Assembly: GCA_047967505.1 (NCBI GenBank)
Contig: CM106538.1
Direction: 5' to 3' (one strand)
From: Dipteris shenzhenensis
Lineage: Eukaryota
Length of the DNA stretch: 64,000 bases
Position numbers and translations under genes: made by a program. Positions within the stretch are counted from its first letter, which is position 1; every line of letters starts with the position of its first letter. The notes beneath the pieces were generated by a model, which saw only the letters and a list, made by a program, of their open reading frames with translations, did no database searches and had not been told where the DNA came from. Positions 36,646 through 49,017 of this stretch are shown one piece after another.

Positions 36646-38599
36646 GCAGCATGTTGAGACTATGAGTTGCGTTCTGGATGCTGGCGCCATGAATCAGATG
36701 AGTCAGCAACGTTACACACCATGGGCGTTTTTGATGCGGACACGAGGTGAGAATGGCAAAATGGACGAGTACAATCCCTCCATCAAGTGAAGGAGGAGAT
36801 CTTCTGCAACAGCAAATGGAACACCATATGGAGGATGTTGCACCCTCCACAAGCGACGATCAAGTAGAGGTAGGTGCACCCAAAGGGCACTAGGTTCTCT
36901 AATTGTAAGTTCAAGTCAAAGGTTTGCATCAATGACCTTTTACTATTCTTCTAGAGTCATCTCACATAGTTGATCAAGTACAATTACATTTGTAGGTAGG
37001 CTAAGGTCTTCAGTTGTTAAAGATGTAGTATTAGTGGTGGACTCTATAAAAGACTACACTTTTAAGCGATTCAATTCGTGCATTGGTATTGTAACTAATC
37101 CCATAAAACTTGATGTTAAAACATGCAAAACAAAAAATTATCTATTCTTGAATAGGTTTTCATCTAAAAGAAAACCTAAACAACCAAAATAATTGGATAC
37201 ATAATCCATTACCATCTATAATACCAGACATGCATCAACAAAACCATTGAAACTACTCTAAGCTACTTTCAAGTATTGATTGTTTTTTCAACACTTTCAA
37301 GTGTAGGACCCTCTTTCAAGGGTCCATTGACTTCACTTACACTTGAAATTTTATATCATAGCTCTTTACCATGTTCATGTGCATAGTCATATGGGACTTT
37401 ATAGTCACCTCAAATGATCATTTATAGCCATTAATATGTGATGTTGGATGTGGTTTGCACCTGAAGGACATAGAATAGCCATTACTATGTGGTTTGCACC
37501 CCAAGGATCTATAATATTCCTATAAGTACTTGTGGATATATACACTAAGTGGGCTAGCAAATCAAGTTGGACTGTGGAAAGTCTAGTCTCTATTAGTTTC
37601 TTCAATAAAAATATATTGCAAAGTTTTTACTATTATCGGAGATAATTTAGAACCATTATCCTATGGCTCCATCTGACATGCATTTGTCACTTTATCCTCA
37701 CACATTTTCCATAGGGTAAACACATAGAGTGGACTAATCTTTTGCCTCACTCACATACTACTTTTTGACATAAATAAATGGCACACAAAAATAGTGGTGC
37801 CCCACTTCATTTAACCATTCAAAACCTTTTAGTGCTACATCATATTAAACATAAAGCACCAAAAGTTTTATAGGGTAAGTTTAAGATTGGATTAATGATG
37901 TTTAGTCTAGTTGAAACTTTGCATGGAAGAGGTCTGATGGATCTTCCATGCATTGAGACCCTTGGAGCAGACTTTCACTCTTACCAATATGCACCTAGTA
38001 AACTTTTAAAAATGCCCTAATTGCAGATATATCCATCGATATATAGGCATATGAGATTCAATAATAGCATCTATAATTGCATTGAACTAGCTCCTAAAAG
38101 TCCTCTTTGATATAATATAGATGATTTTGAAGCATTTTTGGGAACTTTCCAATGCTATTTTGGATCGTATTCTTTTATTTAACAAAATGAAAGTTTGAAA
38201 CACGCATGTCTTTTCAAACTTTTAATGCCTACAAGCTCTCCTATGCTCAACTCTCCATCCTTTCCACCATCTCAATCCTAACCATCCTCTCCATCCCTTC
38301 CATTACACCATTCTACAAATCTTCTTAACAATCACCAAGGCCTTGCCAATAAGGGCTAGCTAGTAGAGCATGCCAAAGATAGTGTGCTTTCCTACAAGGT
38401 AGGATCTTGCTAAGCTATGCTATTAGATAGGGTCAAAGATAGCATGCTTTCCTATGAGGTAGACTCTTGCTAAGCTATGCTATTAGTGAGTAAGATTTTT
38501 TTCTCACCCAATAGCCAAAATTAAACATAGTGTTCAACTTTTCCAATTCCAAAAACTAAGCACTACTTGATTATTGCAAACTTAAACATGACTTCTACA

Positions 38600-39730
38600 A
38601 ATTTTGGCTCTCATGAGGTATGTTATTTTGGCTCTTCCATCCAGTTTTTTGCTTTTAGACATGTCAGAAAAATGTATAGAGATAGATTTGATTTCTTAGC
38701 TAGATCAAATTTGAACAAATGTCATGATTTTTAGGACAGTTCTATCAAAAGGCCTAATTTTAAGTCAGTATTGGTTAGTACACATTATATAAATAATAAT
38801 GTAAGGATTCTCAACAAGTTAAGATGTCTTAATTTATAGCCCTATACCTCTTAGTCCTATTCATACATCCCATGTAATCTATGTTATTTACATGATTTAT
38901 AATAGTGGTATGCTTTATGTAGGGTAGACTTATCATGCTGCTTTCATCCATTTTCAAGAGCCTGTTAGGGAAGCTAGGAAAGTTCATAAAAAAGGCCTTT
39001 GATTGGAGATTTGAAACCATTATGTATAGCAATGACAAAATTTGGTTTGAATCCTTGTTGTTTTCTTATTGAGCATATAGAAGGAGAATTTGCTATGTCA
39101 AAAGAAATTTCAAGGTAGCTAGGACCCAAGAACTAAGTACTTCTAGACTGATGCATCATGTCTCAACTCTCATGAGGTATGTTCATTTGACTCTTCCACC
39201 CATTATTTTACATATAAACATGTGAGAAACCCATATAGTGGCAGGCTTGATGTCTTATCTAGATTGATTTTGAGGAAAATTCTATCAAATGGTCTTAGTT
39301 TTAAGCCAATGTTGGTTGGAACACATTATACAAATAAAAATATAATTTTTCTAAATGAATCAAGGCAACTTGGGAGTAAACATATTTGCATCCCTCGGCC
39401 TCTTGGTCCTATTCATGCCCCACAAGCAATCTATGTTTTTTACAATATTCATAGTAGTAGTATGCTTTAAGTTAGACTTGTCCTATTGCTTTCATCCTCT
39501 TCAAGAGCATGTTAGGGAAGCTAGGAAAGTTTATAAAAAAGAGTCTTTGATTACAGATTTGAAACCCTTATATGCAACAATGGCAAAGTTTGGTGTTGAA
39601 TGTTTTTGTTATTTTACTCTTGACCATATATAAGGATAATTTGCTACCTCAAAATAATTTCTCAAGGTAGCTTGACCATGAGAACTACTTCTAGACTGAT
39701 GCAACATGCTTTGACTCTCATGAGGCATGT
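38600..39730. repeat. diverged ~555-bp tandem duplication
   Basis: ctctcatgagg(t/c)atgtt at ~38608, 39167 and 39715; cttcaagagc.tgttagggaagctaggaaagtt at ~38950 and 39500. Confidence 0.7.
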
Positions 39731-40189
39731 TTGTGGTAGTCTGGTATGATGTGGAGGGTTGTGAGGGATGGCCTGTGTTGTCACTATCTCTCCCATTTCC
39801 AGGTTTTGAGAGTGTTGTCACTATCTCTCCCATTTCCAAGTTCTGAGAGTGTTGGTCACCTATAGTAGTGTCATCGCTCATTGTAGCATAGGTGTACACA
39901 AGTGTACCATAGGTCCTCGGGTCATATTCTGGGGAGAGGTGTAGGCTAAAGCATGGAAATCAGATCTCATGCATGCATGGGTGAGAAAGCGAGCTTGATA
40001 ACAATGATGGATGGGGCTCTCGTCTCCACGGGAGTTCAAGGGTTTAGAAGGGGGTTGCATGGTTTGAAAGGGGACAATGTTGAGAGAGCTATTTAGGAGT
40101 TCCAAGGTTTAGAGGGGGTTGCAAGGTTTTGGAGGAGTCTAGGGTTGAGGAGTGGAGTGCTAGTCTCCTTCACGACTTCGAGGGGTAAG

Positions 40190-40680
40190 GGTTGAGGAGG
40201 AGGGACAAGGGAGGAGGGAGGAGGGAGGAGGAAGGGGGAGGAGGAGGAGGAGGAAGGAGGAGGAGGAGGAGGAGGAGGAAGGAAGGAAGAGGAGGGAGGA
40301 GGAAGGAGGAGGAGGAGGAGGAGGAGGAGGAGGAGGGAGGGGGGAGGAGGAGGAGGAGGAGGAGGAGGAGGAGGGAGTACAAGGATAGGGAGTGCAAGGG
40401 TAAGGGCATTCTAGAACATGATAGTGTAAGAGAGAATGGATGCATTGGAGATCAATCACAATAACACAATAATGAGCTTGAACACTAAACCCCAAAGAGG
40501 AGGAGGAGAAGGAGGAGGAGGAGGAGGAGGAGGAGGAGGAGGAAGGATGAGGAGGGAGTACAGGGGTAGGGAGTGCAAGGGTAAGGGCATGCTAGAACCC
40601 GATAGTGTAAGAAAGAATGGATGCATTAGAGATCTATCACAATAATACAATAATGAGCTTGAACACTGAACCCCAAAGAG
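40190..40680. repeat. (GGA)n low-complexity tracts, each followed by a duplicated ~125-bp block
   Basis: gggagtaca...agggagtgcaagggtaagggcat.ctagaac...ccccaaagag occurs at 40373-40499 and 40554-40680. Confidence 0.85.
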
Positions 40681-40759
40681 TGGGAGCTTCATTCCATTGA
40701 GAGATATTTATACATGTTGGTCTTCATTCCATTGAGCAAAATACAAAGTCAATGGTCAG

Positions 40760-43700
40760 TAGACAATTATTAGGGCTTCTCTATCAGTGGTAGTGTAATT
40801 GACCTCTCTGCATCATTTAACTACTTGCTTGCAAAGTAGATTGAGTAATCCTTGTTGTACTTGCCAAGTTAACATAGCACACTCCCTACTACATATTTGA
40901 ACAATCTTTATGCACGTGAAATTATATGTACCAATTTGGTGCCATTAGGATAGGGACTGTGATTAATCTCCACTTGAGGATTTTGAATGCTTGTTCACAT
41001 TCTTATGTCCAAATGAAGTTGACTAGGAGCTTATATAGGGGCCTTGCAATCATGGCATACCTAAGTATGAACCTTCTATAGTATCTAGCATGGCCCATGA
41101 AAACTTGCACACCCTTTGTATTTAGTTAGCGTAAGTTCCATAATGATCTTTAATTTGTCCATGTCAATTGGAATCCCATGTCAAGAGACTATGTCTCCCA
41201 AGGCTACTCCATGTGTGACTATGAATTGGCATTTGAGAGGATTCAAAAACATTCCATACTCCCTACATTTCTTTAGTACATTTCAAGGCATTGCAAGTGA
41301 TAGTTTTTTGCCTATGAGTATGCACAAGTCGTCGAGAAAGACTTGCAGGAACTTGTTGAGAAATTCCTTGAAGGCAGTGTACATGACCCTTTGAAAAGTG
41401 GATGGGGCATGGCATAAGCCAAACGGCATGACTCCGTATGCAAAATGGCCCCATTCTCATGCAAAGTATGTCTTTGCCTGATCTTGAGATGAAAATTTTA
41501 CTTGGTTGGACCCGCTGAACCCATGGTGACACCCAATCGATATGCTCGATCTCATAAATGAAACCGACCTCTAGTGCTTTTCTAGTTCTTCATAGACATG
41601 GGTGCCATACTTAGGATTTGTCCTATAGGGTCAACATACCTTAGGTTTGGGTCCTTCCCTAATTGGTATGTATGTGATGTGACTTTAGGGGGAATCCCTT
41701 TCATTTCTTTGTAGGACCAAGCCATATAATCTCCATATTCCACCAGCAATGATTTTAATTCTTTTTCTTCTAGAGTGACTATTCGCTGATGTATATAGCC
41801 TTTTCTTCTTCTCCATCAAAGGCAAGATTCTCTTGGCTAGTCGTTCATACACTGGGGTATCCTTAATATTTTCTTTTTCTATGGGGGTATCCTTAATATT
41901 TTCTTTTTCTATGAGCTCTGCTTCCTTGACAGCACGCTTGGGCATTGCTATTGTTGCTTCTCCCCTGGTGCAATTTTTTAAGTAATTGGGAACTTCCCTT
42001 AGGCCATCATGGCACTTTGAGGTGCTTGCTTGGTTGCTAGCTCTACTAAATGTTGTGGAAGATGTTTGGTTCAATTTAGCCGTGTTCACTTGCTCTTATT
42101 TTTTGTGAGAATTCACCATTTTACTGCTCATTCTCACATTGGATTTGAACTTGTGAAGCTTTTTGCTTTATGACACTAGTGATGGATTTTCAATAGGAGT
42201 CTCACTCGCAAGAGAGTGGTTCTTCGGCCATACATGGACCATTAAAGTCCTTTAGGATCCCATTCAAAATTTGGGGGCTCAAGTGCTTTTGTGGGCTTTG
42301 TCAAATACAATTCCACCACTCTTGTCTGCATTCTTTCAAATTCATTAAAGTGCTCTACCTTGGCTTTTTGGCATTGTAGACCCTCCTTTTTCCTTGACTG
42401 ATTGCTATTGGCTAGTGCTAGAGGGTCTATCTTGAGGTATTCTATGGCCATGAGTGCCTGCACGATTGCTAAGTCATTGTCAAATGCTTGACCTTCCAAT
42501 GTGGCATTATCGGCTTCTATTTCTAGGTCCTAGTCAAAGTCAACACCATAACCTTCAATTATGGCCTCTTTAATATCACTGTCCCATTTAACCATTGCTA
42601 TGAAGAATGGAACTTCCACCTCTTTTGATTTGTCATCCTAGATTGGTGCTTCTAGTTGGATCATTTGGGCATCCACATATGACAACATTAGATGTGTTGT
42701 TTTATAGTTAACTATTGTGGCCAATGCATGTATCCAATTGTTGATGTTGCTTTGCATATCCCCTTCTATGGGTTTGACTACATTTGTAGGTAAGAGGGAT
42801 GCATGAGTGGTGGCTATAGTGGAAGAAGTGCCTTCAATATTTCTAGGAATAGAGGGTTTGATTTCTCTTGTTTCCAAATTGATCTTGACAATGATTTCTT
42901 TGTTTTGGATTGTAATTCGATCAGTGCCCCAATCATGGAGTACCAAAGCTTCCCAAAGCAATGGTCTTCCCAATAATATCTAGTATGCTGTGGCTCCCTT
43001 GGGAAGATCCAAGATACTAAACTAGAGAGTGAACCTGACTCCAACAATTTTTGTTGGCACATTGTCAACGATGCCCAGTGGCTTCATTTTAGTGTAGTTG
43101 GCTAGGTGGATGTTGAATGTAGCCTTCTTCTTTGGAGGTAGGCCCCATTATTCATAAAGATCTCTTGCTAAAATGTTTATACCAGCTCTGTCGTCTGCTA
43201 TTGTAGGATATTTGCCAAAGGCTTTATGCTCTAGCGGGATGGTTATATTTTTTATGTCATCCCTAGCACCGAATTTTACTAAAATAACCTTTTCCTCTTC
43301 TTCAACTAGGGGGAAGCATTGTGAAGATTCTATCCATCCCTTGAAACTCTCCCACATTATAGGGTGATTCCTTAGTAAGGTTCCAATTAGCATCATGATG
43401 GGGTCGCTTATCAAGGTGGCTATTGCAGTACTATCCAATTGGGGATGTATTTCCTATTGCTCAATTACCTTTTGGAAGGTGTTGGGATCAATAATTGTGT
43501 CAATGCTGGGTGATGAGAATGCTCTAACCTCTATTGCTGCTACCTTGTTTGCCTCAAATTTCTCTTGTTCTTGTTGTACCCATTGGTTCAAGGCTTGATA
43601 ATGAGATTTTTAAATATCTGTAGTAGGGTGGGCTTCCTTTGCTTCTTGGGTGGCACTATCTGCAGATGTGCTAGGCATGGCCTCACTGAGTTGTGGGATT

Positions 43701-46178
43701 AGTGAGGCTTGTTTTTCCAGAGGGCTCTTTGCTTTTTGAATGGAAAGGAGATTTTGCCGTGCCACTTCTTTCTGCTACCTTATTATGACTAAGACTAGCT
43801 GTGATACCACACTTTGTGTAGCCACACTATGATTTTTCATACTAATCATCCCTAATAGTACAGTAGGTTTTACTTCATTGGTTGGGTGAGGCTATGCTCT
43901 GAGGCCATGCATGCATGCCCAACTCCGCATTCTCGTACCGGCATTACCCTTGTGTGGGCATTCTAATATGTGGTGGTTTTCCCCACCATCAAAACACTTG
44001 ATGGGTAATATTGCAGAGGATTGGGATTTCTCAATAGTTGAGGCACTTGTGTCCTCATCGGAAGGGGGTTGAGCTATGACACTTGTGCATGGGTGCTAGT
44101 GCTAGTTGTCTATATACTGGGATTGGTGGCTATTGGTACTATTGGGGTTGGGTTGTGCTACCCTCATTAAGTAGAAACATGTATTTACATAATGGCCTAC
44201 AACATTGCAAATGGCGCCCCATAACTGTGGGGGTTGAGCCACTTTTGGTGGGTAGAGTCTGCTCCCTAAGATTGGGCACTCATTGGCCATGTGGTTGGCC
44301 ATAACTAGACATTCTCTCTCTGTGGGTACTATGGTAGTTGAGAGATGCACAACTTTTTCTCTATGGCCTACATTATTTTATGTGCTCTAGAGCTTCTTGT
44401 GGGCTTGGGATGCTACAAGTGCCTTTTGTGCCGAGTATTCATATTGTCATGTTAGAATTTGTTGAGCTATCACCACCATGGCAGTAAGAGACTCCATGAA
44501 CACTTGAGTGGCTTGATTGTCCTCATGCATGAGCTTTGCATAACCCTTGGCGATGGTTTAGAAACTGGAAGTTTAATGCTCCATGGCTTGAAAGGAATTG
44601 ATGCGGCATGTTGGTGGCTATTGTCCTTGGCCTTGCATTGGTTGCCTGGTTGTACCTCCGTGAGCCTTCCTGAGTTTGACAAGGGGGAGTCTTGCCACCG
44701 GGCTCCTAGGTCATATCAATGATTTCTTCTCCTTCTTAAAAAGACCTCTTTAGACATTGTTCTTGGCATAGCTTCTCTCTGCAGCCTTTGCTTCTCTCTT
44801 TTGTGTTTCCTCCTCTCTTACTCGCTAGCATTTAGCATGTTGCTACTAGAGGAGGTCAACTTGCCACTTCTTTGTTGCTTCTTATCCCTGTTGTCTTTTG
44901 GTAGCTGCTTCATCCTCATCATGTTTGCTCAAATGTTCCTCTATCCTCTTCTTGAGCAAGCTTGGTGGGAGTAGAATCTTTTTGGTTGGAATGATCAATA
45001 GTGCACAATCCTTGGCCGCATCACCATACACTTCTAGAATGGCAACATTGGATGGGTGCTAGATAATGGGCATGAGGAACATGGGGCTGCCAATCTTTTA
45101 CCCATGTGTACACATGTTGACAATTTCTCTATAGAAGTGGTTCACCCAATTATTCTCCTCTGGCTTTTGGAGGCATGCCAATAAATTGGGGAGGATCACA
45201 CTGTGATGCTCTATAAGCTAAATTTGAGTGAGGAGAGTGATCACTGTCGCTTCCTTCGCTAGTGTCACATTCTTGATCATACTACTAGGGATCCCACCCC
45301 TATGGATTTTTTTGTTGTAGTCCACTAGGCCTACTAGTTGCTTGTCCATTTGCATATGGATTGGCAACATGGGGTAGCCCAAAAGATTTCCTGACTATCT
45401 CTGCAATGACTTGGTAATGATGATACTCCCCATTTGCATGAATCTAGTTGATGGTGCACGAGGAGTTGCTAAACTTGTCCACAAAGTCAATAACCTACCA
45501 CAAATTTAAGTGGCAAGGAAACTTGTTAGCAAGCCCATTGCTTGGATGGTACCAACTTTGGGTCCCGTAGAGCATGGTATGCTTTGGCATTATGGTAGCA
45601 ATAGCTTGTAATATTTTGCATTGCACTTATATTGTCAGTAGATAACCACTTTCCTCCATGTCCATGATTCTTCTCTTCTTAAGGGTCCGCGTGGTGGACT
45701 ACTAGGTAGATGCTTTAGGCTTATGAGTAGCCTACTGAGATGAAGGATCTAGTTCCATTTGCGAAGGGAGAGGGATAGAAATGGTTTGGGAAGATGAGGA
45801 AGTAATTAAAGGTAGGAAGGCTGAAGAGGCTTTGTTTCTTGGATCAAGATTGTCGGTGGAAAATAAATCTTGGGCACTGAGAGAATGTGATGAAAAGGTT
45901 GACATGAAGTGGGCACAAGAGTTGTAGTGAATTCGTGGGCTTTTGGATGATTTGAAATTTGGCAAAAAAGTTCGACATGGTACATTTCCAAGTGAGATCC
46001 TAAAGAATGAGGTTGCTTGCTTACATAGTGGACTTGGTAATGCATCAAGACAGCGTTATCATTAACATAATGAACTGGCATTATTCACGCAGTGACTAGT
46101 GTTAGCATTGGATTACCATAGCAACTCATTGTTATTATAGGAGTGACTCAACGTTAGCCTGAAAGCATGTCGCCAAGT
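40760..46178 (-). mobile_element. heavily degraded Ty3/Gypsy gag-pol
   Basis: RH (NYTTTDREAL) at ~40770-40800; RT MPFGLC and FLDDLC-like motifs at ~41320-41430; AP GRPLLWEALVLHDWG and DDRAGINIL at 42900-43200; CCHC-like knuckles ~43900-44300; PBS-like ttggcgaca at 46169-46177 on the minus strand. Confidence 0.75.
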
Positions 46179-47869
46179 TATGGAACCATCACATTAGCAC
46201 TAACGTAGCAATTGGAAATATATAACTGTGGGTCAACATTAATAGCAGAGCGGGTCATGTTAGCACCACTAAAGTAGCGACTGGTGATATATAACAGTAG
46301 GTCAATGTTAACAACTCAGAAGGTTAGTAGTCATAGCATTAGGCTTATAGCAGTGATGACGGAGGCAATCGTTGTGTTATCAACTCACTACCTTAACCTT
46401 AAAGCAATGACTTGACCTCATGGGGCCTATTTTGAAATTTAACTATTTGACCAGCCTCTTGGACTTCACTTAGGTCAGTCAAAGTGCATGTGGATCAGTT
46501 ACATGAAGGTTGTGATAGTAGCAAATTATTGACTCTTACCATTGTGCTGACTTGGGTTGTGCAATTGTAAGCTAGGTACACTATGATAGGAGTGCATCCA
46601 GACACATGGACCCCAATCACTTGTTTGGACTAATGCTAAAATGATATTCACAACAAAACAACAAGTTGATGAAAGGGGACTAGACGTGGCACTTTCCTAA
46701 TTTCACCTACAATGCCGACAGCCTATTCACCTAGACTAAATGCATGAACAATGGACTCAAGAGTTTGGACTTGGAGTACTTGGCTTCTTTCCAAGTAGTG
46801 TACCTGCTTAGAGCACCTATGAAGAGTGTGGAGAGCTACATCTTTGAAGTATGCATGAAGTGTGGCATTAGCTCATTGGTCCTAAACCGCATAGGTTGGG
46901 CATAATAGTTTGAAAATCTACACAGACTTGAGGAACTACTCAACTTTTTGTGGTAGCTATGAGAGTGTTGGTGTCCACAGCTATGCTCATGGTGTTGAAG
47001 CAATGGTGGGTCCTTGTGGGATTGCTCCACTTTTAGGAATATCTTTTTGTGTGGCTATTGTGTTCAAAGCCGATGTTGAGGCAGAGGTAGATGTTGTTCT
47101 TGGTGGGTGACACTTAGGAATCCATTGAGATTTATATTTTCTTTTTGCTACATTAGGTTCTTGTGTTACTACCCCATTTTTAGGGATAGGTTGTTGTGTC
47201 ATTGCTGCAGCCATTTGTGAATATGTTCCTTGTAACATAATCACTCGAGGATAGAATAGAGTTCCCCGTGGCACTATCTTAGCCATGAGTGACATCGAAG
47301 GCTGTTTGGCATGAATAGAAGACTTATAAGGGGGCTAGGTTGTTGTAGATAGACCTTTAGGCATCCATATGTAGTCATTGCCATTGTAGAAGCCTTGAGC
47401 CTATAGTAACCATTTAGGTATCCACCTAGAATGGTACTTCTTTTTTCCCTTTGTGGTCTTGCACCTTCTGGATTGAGGTTTCTTCAACTAGCTAGCTTGT
47501 ACTCCCATTGAGGTACAAGGAGTGGGGAAGTGAGGATGCACAATGACTCTGACTTTCCATAGAATGAGTTGTTGATGTTGGAGTTGTACCTTTTGGAGGA
47601 CCTTATCTATTGGTCTAACAAAAGTTGGAGGGGTCATTGAAGCTAATGTCAATCCATTGCTCTTTCCATCTAGTGCTACAAGGGAATCATCCTATTGCAT
47701 GGATATTGCTACTGTTGGCATGTTAGTCAAGGTGGATGAGGAAGCATCCACAGAGTATAAGGGACTCATGGCCCTTTTGCTGGTCTTATGGATCATAGGA
47801 AGCATTGGAGCTGAGGTCCCTTGGTCAATTGAGATGAGAGAGGTGTAGCCATCATTTGTTAATGTTGTG

Positions 47870-48190
47870 GTGCATTCCCACCAATTGACTTAGTAGTTTA
47901 GCACCCAACACCAAGTCCTCCCGAGGATTACCTATTCCTCCATAGCACTTGCAAGCATAACATAACATCTACTAGCCATGCTATAGTTATTAACTAATAT
48001 GGGCAATGCCACACAACCTATTGCGGGCAAGATTTTTTCATTCACAGCATGTACCATGATAGGCATAGGTTCTAGTGTTACCTTACATGCTAGGAGCCAG
48101 GTGTACATCTTGTACGATATCAGATTATGGCTTGCACCAAGGTTGACAAAGGCTTTTGTAGGGCCAATAGTTTCCTTGCACAAGTAAAAG
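47870..48190 (-). pseudogene. retropepsin-like domain downstream of, and in frame with, the integrase C-terminus
   Basis: TKAFVNLGASHNLISY...IMVHAVNEKILPAIG.VALPI...EE*VILGRTWC..LNY*VNW; same frame as the integrase tail ORF 48325-48519. Confidence 0.7.
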
Positions 48191-48694
48191 TCTACTTGTA
48201 ACTAGGCTGGGGCAATAGTAAGATTCTCCATGGGGTTTAACCCTTCCATGAATGCCTTGCAAATTATTATCGGCCTTAAGTTTTTGGCTTTAGCTTGCTG
48301 AGCCCTAGCCTCCTTTGTCGCTTGTCACTTCATACAAGTGACTTCTTTCTTGAGCTCTTTTTCCCAATGGATGGCCTGTAGCATTTGAAGTGTTAGTGGG
48401 CCATAGTAGCATTTAAGCTTGTTGACATTGATGTAGCTATCCATATGAATGCCATCAAGGGTCGTGATTTTGCATGACCCTTGTGGTGTGATTTCACTGT
48501 GATTTCCACAACCCGGCATGGAACCATTCCTCGATATTTCAATTCACGTATTGTGTTCCTTATGCTATACAGTTTCCTAAGGTCTCCTTCTTTTAGGTCC
48601 TTGTTCTGGAGGTTGTGGGAAAACCAATTTTTGCGGAGTAGTTTTTTGACCTTTATGCAATAAGCTGCTTGCAACCTTGTCTCATCAAGCTTTT

Positions 48695-49017
48695 TGTTAT
48701 TGTATAACCATGCGGGTTAGTAGTAGTGACCAAGAGGGGTGTGCGAGGGTAGGTTAGTTGCAAGGGTTGATGGTTCAGATCTCCAAGCAATTGGGGTCTT
48801 CAACAACTATTTCCCTAACTGTCAGATGGTTCTGTGCGCATGCTATTACTAGCATTCCGATATCATTTTGTACACAGTTGTTATGCGAGCTATTGCTCTG
48901 GAATACAGTGATATTCGGTGTTTTGTCTCTTGCATATCTATATTCTGTTCTCAAAGATGTTACGTGTATCATCTGTCTTTGTTTCCCATAGCGTCTATGC
49001 GTATTTATGATGCTACA
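48695..49017 (+). repeat. 5' LTR
   Basis: Direct repeat of 56625-56945; followed by the PBS. Confidence 0.9.

Noticed and set aside
40160-40692. Poly-Pro/Ser/Glu/Arg ORFs
   Set aside because: Translations of (GGA)n microsatellite tracts.
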